64,000 nucleotides of DNA, taken from assembly GCA_959608885.1 (NCBI GenBank), contig CAUHSG010000003.1:2276-66275 (forward strand), written 5' to 3'. The translations under genes were made by a program, and so were the position numbers. Below the pieces are notes generated by a model. It had not been told where the DNA came from, ran no database searches, and was given only the letters and a program-made list of their open reading frames with translations. The DNA is from an uncultured Coriobacteriia bacterium. Lineage in GTDB: Bacteria; Actinomycetota; Coriobacteriia; Coriobacteriales; QAMH01. Of this stretch, positions 17,848 through 27,626 are shown in pieces. Numbering within the stretch: position 1 is the first letter of the stretch; every line of letters starts with the position of its first letter.

Positions 17848-18372
17848 ATGGTACTGGTAAACGTCGAATCGCTGGTCATCGGCCTCCTTCCCATGCCCTC
17901 CGTCATCACCCTGCGTGTTGCAGAGCATCGCGAAGACATCGCCGAAGACCTCGTACTTCCCATCTGGATCGGAACGATGGAGGCTACGGCCATTGCCGCC
18001 GCGCTCGAGGGCAACGCGACCGAGCGTCCCATCACGCACGCCCTCGCCATCGACCTGGTCGGCTCGCTTGGCGGCACCATCAGTCGCGTCGTTATCGATC
18101 GTGTCGAGGGCACGACCTTCTACGCCACCATCTACCTGCGCTGCTCGAATGGCATGTTTACGCGTGTCGATGCGCGTCCAAGCGACGCCATCGCCCTGGC
18201 CGCTCGCGCCAATGCGCCGCTTTTCGTCGAGGAAGACGTCATGCAGTCCGCCGCATGCCCGCGTGCGCTCACGCCGGGACAGGACGAGCAGATCGAACTC
18301 GAGGAGTTCGACAAGTTCATCGAGCATATCAAGCCCGAGGATTTCGTCACGCACAACGGCGGCAAGGACTAG
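17848..18372 (+). CDS. bifunctional nuclease family protein (BFN/DUF151)
   Basis: LPIWIGTMEATAIAAALEG...RPITHAL...FYATIYL...VDARPSDAIALAARANAPLFV matches the DUF151 pattern. An AGGGAGG RBS precedes it. Confidence 0.8.
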   Translation: MVLVNVESLVIGLLPMPSVITLRVAEHREDIAEDLVLPIWIGTMEATAIAAALEGNATERPITHALAIDLVGSLGGTISRVVIDRVEGTTFYATIYLRCSNGMFTRVDARPSDAIALAARANAPLFVEEDVMQSAACPRALTPGQDEQIELEEFDKFIEHIKPEDFVTHNGGKD

Positions 18373-21296
18373 TCTCTATCCTGTATGCTGCCGGGATCTT
18401 GCGTCTCCACCAGCCGGGCTATTTCGCTAATGCTCAGCGTTCGGATGTCCGGGGTTGGCATCGCACGCAGGAACGACTTCGCGTAATTCTTCGTTTGCAG
18501 GCGCGCGTCTGCGAGCACGAGCCAGCCGCTGTCGGTCGAGTTGCGGATGAGACGCCCGGCTGCCTGCTTGAGGTCCATCACCGCTTCGGGCAGCGAGTAG
18601 CGCCCCCAAGCTGCACGGCCATCGCGCACTTGGCGTTCGCATGCGATGGGGTCGTCGGGGCGACTGAAGGGCAAACGCGCGATGATGACGCAGCGCAGGG
18701 TGTCACCCGGGGCGTCAAAGCCCTCCCAGAACGACTTGAGCGCGAACATCGACAGGTTCTTGTCTGCCAGGAAGCGGTCGCGAAGCGACTTCGTGCTCGT
18801 GCCGCGCATTTGCGCGATGAGCTCAATTCCCTCATCCGCAAGGCGTGGCTTGAGCTCGCGATACAGCGCTTCCATCTCGCGGCGGTTGGTGAACAGCGTG
18901 AGCACCGAACCGCCCATCGCGACGTGCGTTTCGTAGAGCAGATGCGCGAAGGCGTCGCGATAGCCGGGGGCGTTCGGTTCCGGTATGTCGCTCGGCAGCA
19001 GGACGGTCATGTTGCGCTCGTAATCGTAGCCGGAAGCGAAGATGTTCGTGTGCACCGGTTTGTCGATGACACGATCGAGGCCGGTCGCACGCAGGAAGTG
19101 ACCGAAGGGCTCGCGCTCGGCAGTGGCGATGGTGGCCGAGGTGAAGACGAGGCTGCGCGTTTGCGGGTAGAGGTCTGCCGCGAGCGACTCGCCGATGTCG
19201 AGCCGCATGGCCTCGAGCGTCTGGTTGGGACGACGCGGGTTGCGATCGAGCTGCAGCGACGTGACGTAACGGTCGTCCGTGCCGTCGAGGATGAGTCTCA
19301 ACGCATCGACGGCGTTCTTGATGTCGCCCGTGATGCCGGAAAGCTCGGCTAGCTGGTTGGCGAATTCGCCCTCGAACTGCTCGAGCATGGAGATGAGGTC
19401 GGCGAGGCGCCCGTTGAGTCCCCAGAGCGCATCTGCGAGCTTGGTGCCCTGCGCACACAGATCACGCCAGGCACTTCCCTCGCGCAACTCGGCGCTAATC
19501 CAGACGGTGACGATGCTATAGCTGCCGTTGTCGCGTGAATCGGAGGTGGAAAGCCCGTTGAGCGCCGTGAAGAAATCGGCAGCGAGCAGTTGGATCTGCC
19601 CGATCCGGTTCTCGATATCGGCCGTGACGCCGTAGAGCATGCCGCCACCTTCGAGCTTGTCGGCTTGCTTGCGCACACGCGCCGTGGCGCCGCTCTTGGG
19701 ATTGATGATGCGATTGAGCTCGAGTTCGAGCTCGCGTGAGGCGATGGAGCTGGAAAGCTGACGGCGCGCCTCTCCCTCGACGCCATGTGCCTCGTCGATA
19801 ATCCAATGCCTGATGGGCGGCAGAATGCCATTGTCTGCCTGCATGTCGCGAAACAGCAGCGCGTGGTTGGTGATGACGATATCGGCGCTGGTGGCGGCGC
19901 GGCGTGTACCATGCAAAAAGCAACGACGCGGGAAGTAGGGACAGCGCTTCTTGAGGCAGTCGTTGGCGTTTGCCTGGATGTCGGCGCGCGGCAGACGCAC
20001 CCAACTTATGTTGAGCGCGTCCAGATCACCCTGACTCGTCTGCGCCGTGAAGCTTAAGAGTGTGGCGGTCATGTTGATAACGTTGCACTCGTCGTCTTGA
20101 TGCGAACGCGCCACATGCTCGAGCTTGCGTAGGCACAGGTAATGGTCGTAGCCCTTAAGCGCGACGTAGGAGAGCTCGCCATCAAGCGCATCGCGCAGAC
20201 GAGGCAGCTCATGGTAGACGAGCTGGTCCATGAGGGCGTTGGTCTTTGTCGCGACACCCATCGTGACCTTGTTCTCGCGCGCGCCAAAGGCGATGGGCAC
20301 GAGATATGCCATCGACTTGCCAACGCCCGTCCCGGCTTCGATGACGCGTATGTCGCCTTCGCGTAGGCACGCAGCGACCTCCTGCGCCATGGCGAGCTGT
20401 TCGGGGCGCTCCTCGTAACCGGGATACATCGCTCCCAATATGCCGGTTGGGGAAAAGGCGTCGTCAACTTGCGCTTCGCCGCAGAACGAAAGCGACACCT
20501 CATCGGCGTCGGCGCGCGGCGGCAGGGCACTCGCCTGCGTGCGTTCGGTACGATTGCGGCGCAGCGAGAAGTCGACACCGGGGTGTTCGAGCGCGGCCTG
20601 CGCGAAGTAGGGGCGAAGGGGCCAGTCGGTCTTTGGCGAGAGGGCGGCGATGGCAGCTGCGAGGCCGGGGGTCATTGCCTGGATGCCTGCGAGCAGGATG
20701 CGCCACAAGGCGCCGAGGCAGACGGTGTCGTCCATCGCGCGATGTGATGGCGCGTGCAGTCCGAACGCGGCGGCGAGGTCGACAAGGCGATGTGACTTGA
20801 GTCGCGGCAGCACGATTTGCGAGAGGGCGAGCGTATCGACCCACGCACCCGGAAGGGCGCCTGGCTCGGCCTGGCGCATGACGAAGTCCCGGTCGAAGCC
20901 GGCGTTGTGCGCGACGAGGTTGCGGCCACCCGCGAACTCGGCCAGTGCGGCGACCGCCTCGCACGGACTCGGGGCGCCCGTTACATCTGCCTGTGTGATG
21001 CCCGTGAGCTCGGTGATCTCTTCTGGAATGGCATATCCGGGATCGACGAACGTGTGAAACTCACCCACGGTCTCGCCGCCGCACATGCGGATGGCGGCAA
21101 TCTCGAGCAACGAGCAGCTTGATGGATTGAGCCCCGTGGTCTCGGTGTCGAGCACGATGACCTCGTCTTCGAGCAGCCCAAACTGCAGGTCGCGCGCACG
21201 CTCGGGAAGCTGCCGGTACATGTTGGCCACATCGTCGTCTGTTCCCGCGATGAGGAAGTCGTCGAGTCGTATTTCGCGTGAAACGTCCATGCGCAA
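18369..21296 (-). CDS. dinG: DinG-family ATP-dependent helicase with an N-terminal DnaQ-like 3'-5' exonuclease domain
   Basis: Exo I motif VLDTETTGL and an HNAGFD motif. The helicase has Walker A EAGTGVGKS, a DEAH box (IIDEAHG) and C-terminal helicase motifs. 975 aa. Confidence 0.9.
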   Translation of the reverse strand: MRMDVSREIRLDDFLIAGTDDDVANMYRQLPERARDLQFGLLEDEVIVLDTETTGLNPSSCSLLEIAAIRMCGGETVGEFHTFVDPGYAIPEEITELTGITQADVTGAPSPCEAVAALAEFAGGRNLVAHNAGFDRDFVMRQAEPGALPGAWVDTLALSQIVLPRLKSHRLVDLAAAFGLHAPSHRAMDDTVCLGALWRILLAGIQAMTPGLAAAIAALSPKTDWPLRPYFAQAALEHPGVDFSLRRNRTERTQASALPPRADADEVSLSFCGEAQVDDAFSPTGILGAMYPGYEERPEQLAMAQEVAACLREGDIRVIEAGTGVGKSMAYLVPIAFGARENKVTMGVATKTNALMDQLVYHELPRLRDALDGELSYVALKGYDHYLCLRKLEHVARSHQDDECNVINMTATLLSFTAQTSQGDLDALNISWVRLPRADIQANANDCLKKRCPYFPRRCFLHGTRRAATSADIVITNHALLFRDMQADNGILPPIRHWIIDEAHGVEGEARRQLSSSIASRELELELNRIINPKSGATARVRKQADKLEGGGMLYGVTADIENRIGQIQLLAADFFTALNGLSTSDSRDNGSYSIVTVWISAELREGSAWRDLCAQGTKLADALWGLNGRLADLISMLEQFEGEFANQLAELSGITGDIKNAVDALRLILDGTDDRYVTSLQLDRNPRRPNQTLEAMRLDIGESLAADLYPQTRSLVFTSATIATAEREPFGHFLRATGLDRVIDKPVHTNIFASGYDYERNMTVLLPSDIPEPNAPGYRDAFAHLLYETHVAMGGSVLTLFTNRREMEALYRELKPRLADEGIELIAQMRGTSTKSLRDRFLADKNLSMFALKSFWEGFDAPGDTLRCVIIARLPFSRPDDPIACERQVRDGRAAWGRYSLPEAVMDLKQAAGRLIRNSTDSGWLVLADARLQTKNYAKSFLRAMPTPDIRTLSISEIARLVETQDPGSIQDRD

Positions 21297-21369
21297 AGCC
21301 TATCATGTTGCAGTGACATCACGCTCGGTCAAATCGGTATACTTGCGGATAGTCGACTGGAGGACCAGC

Positions 21370-22014
21370 ATGCCCGAATCCGAAATCTATTACGCGACGT
21401 ACTGCCGCCTCGACGAGACGAGCGGAGATTCCTGTGTCATCGTGAATCCGAACGCTGTCGTGGTCGCTGCCGAGCTCACCATGGCGAAGCAGGTTCATGT
21501 CACCGAAAGGGGCAAGGAGGTACCGCGCATCTTGCTGAGCCGTGGTGACGTTGCCATGGGGTTCTTGCCCGACAAGGTTTTCGGGCGCGTGGACAAGTTT
21601 CTCGACGAGGGATGGACATGTCGCGCATTTGCAACCGCGGCCATCGTCGACAAGCTTCGCGATGCCAACTACGTGGAGGTCGCGGTCATCTGCTACCGCC
21701 CCGAATACGCCTTCTCGTTCGAGCCCTTCGTCGAGGCGATGCTCAAGCGCATGTCCAAGGGAGACCGCCCCGCCATCGCGCTCTCGCCCAAGGAGGCCGA
21801 CCATGTCGTCGAAAGCGACGGTCAGTGGGCAGACGTCAAATCGCAGAAGCTCCCGAAACTCGAAAAGGGCGTGGCATATTACAAGACCAGACGCATGATG
21901 ACCGAGAGCATGGCCTATGCGGCCGCCGAGGGCAACAAGGGTTGTTACGTCGGGCTCTTCATCGTCGTCTTCCTCATTATCTTCTCGATCGTCAGCTTTT
22001 TCTTCCTACGTTAG
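21370..22014 (+). CDS. hypothetical protein with a C-terminal transmembrane anchor
   Basis: Starts at MPESEIYYATYCRL. The C-terminus is CYVGLFIVVFLIIFSIVSFFFLR. The ORF-track 5' extension from 21085 is antisense to dinG and is discounted. Confidence 0.55.
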   Translation: MPESEIYYATYCRLDETSGDSCVIVNPNAVVVAAELTMAKQVHVTERGKEVPRILLSRGDVAMGFLPDKVFGRVDKFLDEGWTCRAFATAAIVDKLRDANYVEVAVICYRPEYAFSFEPFVEAMLKRMSKGDRPAIALSPKEADHVVESDGQWADVKSQKLPKLEKGVAYYKTRRMMTESMAYAAAEGNKGCYVGLFIVVFLIIFSIVSFFFLR

Positions 22015-22026
22015 GCGAGGTGTCCC

Positions 22027-23346
22027 GTGCTTACCGAACGCGTTCTCTCGCAGGCTATGCGCATGATGAATGGCCACTACCTGAACCTCAGACCGCTTAG
22101 CGAGGGTGAATGGACTCTACCCGCGCCTAAGCCCGGCAAGCGATACATGCTCTACATGCACATCCCCTTCTGCGAGCGTCTGTGCCCCTATTGCTCCTTC
22201 AACAGGTTCCCGTTTGAGGAGGAGAAGGCGCGCAAGTACTTCACGAACCTGCGAGCCGAGATGGATATGGTCGCTCGACTTGGCTATGACTTCGACTCGC
22301 TGTACGTGGGTGGGGGCACGCCGACGATCCTCATTGACGAGCTCGTCGAGACCATCAACAAAGCACGCGACATATTTTCGATTGTTGATGTGTCGAGCGA
22401 GACAAACCCCAACCACCTGCTTCCGGAGTACATCGAAAAGCTCGATGGAGTCGTCCAGCGCCTGTCCGTTGGTGTCCAAAGCTTCGACGACGACTTGCTT
22501 AAACAAATGGACAGATATGAAAAATATGGCAGTGCGGAGCAGATTCTTAACAGGATCATCGATGTAGCCGATGCAAATGTGTTCAAATCGCTCAATGTGG
22601 ATATGATCTTCAATTTTCCCGCTCAGAGCGAGGAAATGCTCATAAACGACATCGCGGCGATACTCGAATCACACACGAATCAGGCCACGTTCTATCCTCT
22701 CATGGCTTCGCCGGCGGTGGAAAAATCACTTGCGGCGACCGTCGGCAAAGTTGATTATGTGCGCGAACGTGAATTCTATGAGCTTATTTGCGATGGGTTG
22801 ACGGGAGGAGACGACCCGGCCTTCACATTTGGTGACGCATGGACGTTCAACGATGCGAAAAGCTCCATGATCGACGAATACATCATCGATTACGAGGAGT
22901 ACCCTGCTCTGGGAAGCGGTGGCATGAGCTTCTTGGACAGGAAGCTTTTCGTGAACACGTTTAGCGTGAGGGAATATGACGAGCGTATCGAAAGCGGACA
23001 TATGTCCGTTGCGCGCATGACGACGTTCAGCAAGCGCGACCACATGCGCTACCGCTTCATGATGCAGCTCTTTGGCCTGAGGCTCGACAAGAGGGCCTGG
23101 GAGCGCGACTTTGGCTGCACTGTGGCTGCGGGACTTCCCACGGAATACGCGTTCTTCAAGACGAGCGGTGCGATTGACGTCGACGATGATGAGCAGATCA
23201 CCCTTACGCCCAAGGGTCGCTACATGATGGTCGCGATGATGAGGCAGTTCTTCATCGGAGTGAATGGCGTGCGTGATGATGCTCGCGCGGCGTTGCCAGG
23301 TGACGAGCGCAACCTGCTCTTCGGAGCTGGCGTACCCATCAAATAA
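22027..23346 (+). CDS. radical SAM protein, HemN/HemW (coproporphyrinogen-III oxidase-like) family
   Basis: YMHIPFCERLCPYCSFN (CxxxCxxC) and YVGGGTPTIL motifs. GTG start. Confidence 0.85.
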   Translation: MLTERVLSQAMRMMNGHYLNLRPLSEGEWTLPAPKPGKRYMLYMHIPFCERLCPYCSFNRFPFEEEKARKYFTNLRAEMDMVARLGYDFDSLYVGGGTPTILIDELVETINKARDIFSIVDVSSETNPNHLLPEYIEKLDGVVQRLSVGVQSFDDDLLKQMDRYEKYGSAEQILNRIIDVADANVFKSLNVDMIFNFPAQSEEMLINDIAAILESHTNQATFYPLMASPAVEKSLAATVGKVDYVREREFYELICDGLTGGDDPAFTFGDAWTFNDAKSSMIDEYIIDYEEYPALGSGGMSFLDRKLFVNTFSVREYDERIESGHMSVARMTTFSKRDHMRYRFMMQLFGLRLDKRAWERDFGCTVAAGLPTEYAFFKTSGAIDVDDDEQITLTPKGRYMMVAMMRQFFIGVNGVRDDARAALPGDERNLLFGAGVPIK

Positions 23347-23377
23347 CCACTTTAATCATATGCATAATCGTGCATAA

Positions 23378-24265
23378 CTACTGTTCAAGCAGCGTACTTG
23401 CGTGGGAATAGCAGGCGTCCACAAGAGCCCGAGGCTCAAGCGGCATCGCATCTCCCATGAGCGAAACGACGTGCTTCGGCAGCCATGAGCTCCCCGTCCA
23501 CGGCACGCTCACGACGCATGAGCCGTCGTCGTTATAACTCGCAACGCGTAGACCACGCCAAGTGGGAAGGGGACAATTCGCTGCGAGACGAACGCGTGTA
23601 CGGGTGCCAGCGTCCAATGCGATGGAGGGACGTGGAGCATCCGTGCGGGGAGAGAAGGTTTCCTCGAGAAGCCGAGTCTCGACAACGCGGTCGACCCTGA
23701 AGGAGCGCCAGCTATCCGAGTTGCGACAGTAGGCCTGGAGATAGCGGTGTCCATCCTCCGAGAAGATGCGCAGGGGCTCGACGACTCTGGTTTGTGGCTC
23801 GACGTCGTCCGTTCCGCGATACGTGATTTCGAGCAGATGATGCTCGAAATCCTCGCAGGCCGCCGCAAGCACTTGCGTGACATCGGATGCTGCGGGCTCC
23901 GTCACGATTCGCAGACGTGGCTTGAGCGAGGTGGCTTCGCTCAGGACGCTCTTCGTGTGCAGTAGGGAGCTCACGAGCTCATCATCAGCTGAGAATCCCG
24001 CAGTCGTGAGCGCGTCGACAAGCGCATCGGCTTCGGGGGCGGTGAGACGCAACAACCGCTGCGTGCCATGAGCTTGGAGCACCGCATACGAGTCATGCAA
24101 GTCGAGGCGTATCGAAGCTGCGTCGTAAGCGAAGACGAGAAGCTCGAGTGCGCCATACACGCCTTGCTCGTCAACGCCGAGCAGCGTCGCGAGCTGCGGG
24201 ATCGAGACGGTTTTCTCGCGCTCGATCTGTGCCATGATGGCGAGGAGAAGCTGCCTATCCTTCAT
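23378..24265 (-). CDS. HTH + WYL domain transcriptional regulator (PafC-like)
   Basis: N-terminal HTH (VSIPQLATLLGVDEQGVYGALELL) and a central WYL-type region (EDGHRYLQAYCRNSDSWRSFRVDRV). The start is taken at MKDRQ (24265) and overlaps the upstream gene's stop by 11 nt. Confidence 0.75.
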   Translation of the reverse strand: MKDRQLLLAIMAQIEREKTVSIPQLATLLGVDEQGVYGALELLVFAYDAASIRLDLHDSYAVLQAHGTQRLLRLTAPEADALVDALTTAGFSADDELVSSLLHTKSVLSEATSLKPRLRIVTEPAASDVTQVLAAACEDFEHHLLEITYRGTDDVEPQTRVVEPLRIFSEDGHRYLQAYCRNSDSWRSFRVDRVVETRLLEETFSPRTDAPRPSIALDAGTRTRVRLAANCPLPTWRGLRVASYNDDGSCVVSVPWTGSSWLPKHVVSLMGDAMPLEPRALVDACYSHASTLLEQ

Positions 24266-25256
24266 GGCACACCTCCCCTGACATGGCGTGCATATAGCGC
24301 TCGACACCTGCGACAAGCGCGTTGTGCGCGGCCGCGGGTTCGGCGATTTCGATTCCCGGGCCGTTTTCGATGCACCAGCGGGCGAGCGCCTGTTCGTCGC
24401 GGCAGCTCACCGTCCAGATGAGACGATCGTCCTCCCATGTGAGCTGCCCCTGCTCCATCGTGAGTTGCTGGACATTCGGAGCTGCCTGCCCGTCAAAAAT
24501 GATGCGTGCCGTGAATTGCTCGTCGCCAAACTGGAAGGGCAGCCCGTAGTAGCTGCTCGCATCGAAGGGGCGCTCCTCGAAGTCGGGCGTCTTGGGATTG
24601 GTGCCGTTGACGCGTAGCTTGCCCATGCGATCGAGGCGAAAGAGGCGGTCGGAGTCCACGCTCGGATCGAAAGCTGCGACATAGCAGATGCCCCGCAGGA
24701 AGAAGCATCCCATGGGCTCGACATCGCGCCGCGATTTTCTGCCGGCGGAGTTTACGTAGTCGAATGAGAGGCGCTTACGCGTGGTGATGGCCTTCTTGAC
24801 CTTCGCGAAGCCTTGCGGCTCATATGCGCGCGCAGAATTGCGGCCCTCGGACTCGATGAGTTGGGGGAGCATGTCGGGAATCTCAAGCTCGTCGCCGAGC
24901 TTGACGAGCACCATGCGCAGCTCCTCCTTGAAAGGGTAGCCATCGTCCTCGAGTAGTGCGCCGCAGAGCAAGCGCAGAAGACTCACCTGCGGCTTCGTGA
25001 GGTTGAGAGGCGCGGCGAGCGTCCTGCTCGCGTCAAGTGTGTAGCGCTGCTGGTCGTCGATGCTGAGGAAGACGCCGCTGTTTTGTAGCGTCTTCTTGTC
25101 ACGTTCGAAGCGTCTGCGCGTGGAATCCTCGCTACCGGCATGCTCGCCGTATTCGTAGGGAAGTGCACGTCGGATGCTGGCAAGGTCGATTGGGCCGCTC
25201 TCGCGTACGAGGAGCATGAGTTTGACGATGCGCTCTGCTTCGCTGATGTGCGTCAT
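24255..25256 (-). CDS. HTH + WYL domain transcriptional regulator (PafB-like)
   Basis: HTH region (AERIVKLMLLVRESGPIDLASIRRAL) and a WYL-type region (LRGICYVAAFDPSVDSDRLFRLDRM). The start is uncertain: M at 25256 is preferred, 25340 and 25445 are possible. Confidence 0.72.
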   Translation of the reverse strand: MTHISEAERIVKLMLLVRESGPIDLASIRRALPYEYGEHAGSEDSTRRRFERDKKTLQNSGVFLSIDDQQRYTLDASRTLAAPLNLTKPQVSLLRLLCGALLEDDGYPFKEELRMVLVKLGDELEIPDMLPQLIESEGRNSARAYEPQGFAKVKKAITTRKRLSFDYVNSAGRKSRRDVEPMGCFFLRGICYVAAFDPSVDSDRLFRLDRMGKLRVNGTNPKTPDFEERPFDASSYYGLPFQFGDEQFTARIIFDGQAAPNVQQLTMEQGQLTWEDDRLIWTVSCRDEQALARWCIENGPGIEIAEPAAAHNALVAGVERYMHAMSGEVCHEG

Positions 25257-25397
25257 AAGGTGGCTCGCTTTGATTCGTCGTTTGCCTGTCGCGTTCGTCG
25301 GCAGGCCGAGAAGCGCGTCTCCCCACATAATATCGCGCATATGCGAAGCGATGCTATAATTGCCAGAACTGATTGATCCTCGAAAGGTACTAATCGC

Positions 25398-26042
25398 ATG
25401 AATAACGAACCCATGTACAACGCGTTCATCAACAATCGAGAGCAAGCAGACAATCGCTCATCAAAATCCAAGAGCAGACGCAGGAACAAGCGCATCAAGG
25501 AAGATGACCTCCCCGAGCTCGACTACGACCTCGAGGAGCCGGGCGAAGGCGACTTCGCGCGCGGTCCCGTCGTCGGCGTCGACAGAACGCTGGGAGGCCA
25601 CCCGGAATTCCTCCGCCACGATGTCGAAGAAGATGCCCCCGATGCGTGCGATGGCCCCATCACTCGCGAGCCGTTCGAATTCGAGGGTGGGTGCGTGAGC
25701 CTACCTCATCCCGATGTCTTCAATTCGTATCCCCCCGAGGTCCAACGCAAGATCATGGAGTGGACCGATCGCGACATTCGTGCTCGCCGTGATGACGAGT
25801 CTCGCCGCCAGGACGCCATCCTGCGTGCGAACATCGCGCGTGAGAAGACGAAGATGGGTGTACCGGTCGCCATCATCATCTTGTCCATCGTCTGCGCCGC
25901 TATCACGGGCTTGTACACGCAAGATGCCGCCTTCGTGTTCGCCTTCCTGGTAGTGGCGATTGTCGTCATCGTCGCCATCTTTGTGAATCGCTGCATGCAG
26001 GGCAAGCGGGGGCGCTCGCAATCACAGCATCCAAAGATGTAG
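25398..26042 (+). CDS. hypothetical membrane protein (DUF2335-like)
   Basis: Basic then acidic N-terminus. The motif LPHPDVFNSYPPEVQRKIMEWTDRD is followed by two TM helices. The family assignment is from memory only. Confidence 0.55.
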   Translation: MNNEPMYNAFINNREQADNRSSKSKSRRRNKRIKEDDLPELDYDLEEPGEGDFARGPVVGVDRTLGGHPEFLRHDVEEDAPDACDGPITREPFEFEGGCVSLPHPDVFNSYPPEVQRKIMEWTDRDIRARRDDESRRQDAILRANIAREKTKMGVPVAIIILSIVCAAITGLYTQDAAFVFAFLVVAIVVIVAIFVNRCMQGKRGRSQSQHPKM

Positions 26043-26064
26043 ACAGCTGGCAAACGAGTTCCTG

Positions 26065-26086
26065 GAGCCCCGCTAGGGGCTCTTTC
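26065..26086 (+). terminator. candidate terminator hairpin
   Basis: GAGCCCC-gcta-GGGGCTC followed by TTTC. The stem is short and the U-tract is weak. Confidence 0.45.
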
Positions 26087-26212
26087 ATATGTACGTCGGC
26101 CATGATGAGTGGTTTGCGATGGTCCCAATGGACAAATTGAACATCGCTTTTACCGTGAGATTTGATACCCTGTCGATTATCAATTCGTTTAACCTTCTGA
26201 GAGGATAATAAG

Positions 26213-27481
26213 ATGAGCCAGGACATGATCAGCGTCGACGAGGCGCGCCGCAGGACGATTGAGCTTGCGAGCCAGGAGCGTTTCAGGACGCATGTCGAGG
26301 AAGTCGACCTCTTCTCTGCTGTCGGTCGCGTTGCTGCTGGCGACCTCACAAGCGACATCGATGTCGCGCCTTTCGATAACACGGCGATGGACGGTTTTGC
26401 CGTCGTCTCCTCCTCCTCGCTCGATGACGCGAGCGAGGATTCCCCCGTCGAGCTCGAGATCGTCGATTGGGTGGGCGCGGGTGTCGTGAGCCAGGTCACT
26501 CTCGAGCCCGGACAGGCAATCCGCATCATGACGGGCGGAATCATGCCCGAGGGCGCCGATGCCGTGGTCAAGATCGAAGACACGACCTTCACCGGTGACG
26601 GTGGCGTGGGTGAGCGCGTGCGCATCTGCGTGCCCGTGACCAAGACCAACGTGCGCAAGGCGGGCGAGGAGGCCAAGGCGGGCGATGTCGTCGTGCGCAA
26701 GGGCGAGGTGATTCGCGCTGCGACGGTCGGCCTGCTCGCAAGCACCGGCAACACGACCGTCCCCGTATACGCGCGCCCCAAGGTTGGCGTCATCAGCATC
26801 GGTACCGAGCTCGTCAAGCCGCCGGCAAAGCCCGAGCCGGGCAAGATTCGCGACGCGAACGCATATGTCCTCGGCGCCTATGCCCTCGAGCTAGGTTGTG
26901 AGGTCGAGCTATACCCGATTGTCGAAGATGACGAATCTGCTATCCATGCGCTGTTCGAGCGTGCTGTCGCCGAGTGCGATTTTGTGGTTTCGAGCGGCGG
27001 TGCAAGCAATGGTGACTTCGACTATGCCATCGAGACCGTGCGCGAGCTTGGCGAGGTCGTTTTCGATTGCGTGAGTCTGAGGCCTGGTAAGGCGCAGGCC
27101 TTCGGTTGCGTGGGCAACACGCTTGTCGAGGTGCTTTCCGGCAACCCCGCCGCCGCCGCGGTGGGCTTTCAGCTCTTCGGTCGTCCCGCGCTTCGCGCTA
27201 TGCAGGGGTTTGCTGATCTCGACCGTCCGGTGAGCGAGGCCATCTTGGCGCAGCCCACGCGCAAGAAGGAGGCGCGTGCCTTCTTTCAGAGGGGTCATCT
27301 CGAGCTTGGTGAGGATGGCCAGCTGTTCGCCTGCCAGGAAGAGAAGCAGTCCTCCGCCCTGCTATCAGAGATGAACCGCAGCACCGTGCTCATCGAGCTT
27401 CCACAGGGCACCGGCACCTTCGAGGCCGGCACTCCCGTTAGGTGCCTTCATCTGGACATCGACGAGGGAACCGTCATCTAG
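26213..27481 (+). CDS. moeA: molybdopterin molybdenumtransferase MoeA
   Basis: DVAPFDNTAMDGFAV, IRIMTGGIMPEGADAVV and SSGGASNGDFDY motifs. 422 aa. Confidence 0.9.
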   Translation: MSQDMISVDEARRRTIELASQERFRTHVEEVDLFSAVGRVAAGDLTSDIDVAPFDNTAMDGFAVVSSSSLDDASEDSPVELEIVDWVGAGVVSQVTLEPGQAIRIMTGGIMPEGADAVVKIEDTTFTGDGGVGERVRICVPVTKTNVRKAGEEAKAGDVVVRKGEVIRAATVGLLASTGNTTVPVYARPKVGVISIGTELVKPPAKPEPGKIRDANAYVLGAYALELGCEVELYPIVEDDESAIHALFERAVAECDFVVSSGGASNGDFDYAIETVRELGEVVFDCVSLRPGKAQAFGCVGNTLVEVLSGNPAAAAVGFQLFGRPALRAMQGFADLDRPVSEAILAQPTRKKEARAFFQRGHLELGEDGQLFACQEEKQSSALLSEMNRSTVLIELPQGTGTFEAGTPVRCLHLDIDEGTVI

Positions 27482-27512
27482 ACGGCCGGGGGGGGACCAG
27501 ACAACCGTCGCC

Positions 27513-27605
27513 GGACCAGACAGAAGTCGCCGGGGCGGAATTGTCTGGTTTCGAGACGCCTGTCACGTAACCAGACAATTCCGCCCCGGCGACTTCTGTC
27601 TGGTC
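27513..27605. repeat. type-B ~90-nt nested inverted-repeat element (inverted relative to the 17627 copy)
   Basis: GGACCAGACAGAAGTCGCCGGGGCGGAATTGTCTGGT, then ttcgagacgcctgtcacgta, then ACCAGACAATTCCGCCCCGGCGACTTCTGTCTGGTCC. The central 20-mer is the reverse complement (17/20) of the centre of the 17627 copy. An extra partial arm lies at 27494-27514. A G8 tract (27488-27495) and a C tract (27605-27610) flank it. Confidence 0.85.
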
Positions 27606-27626
27606 CCCCCAACCTCGGGAGTTTTT

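Noticed and set aside
18369-18372. The 4-nt overlap of the convergent BFN and dinG 3' ends, considered as a functional nuclease-helicase system.
   Set aside because: Convergent orientation means separate transcripts. The adjacency alone is weak evidence, and both families are common housekeeping or repair genes. It is mentioned only in the PafBC-like finding.
17841-19352. 503-aa plus-strand ORF overlapping the BFN gene and the dinG 3' half.
   Set aside because: It is extremely Arg/His/Ala-rich with no domain signature. It overlaps two well-supported genes in other frames or on the other strand.
26043-26212. Possible Moco riboswitch upstream of moeA.
   Set aside because: I could find only a short terminator-like hairpin belonging to the upstream gene. 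I could not recognise the conserved Moco-riboswitch core by eye. A covariance-model scan (Rfam RF01055) would be needed, so no call is made.
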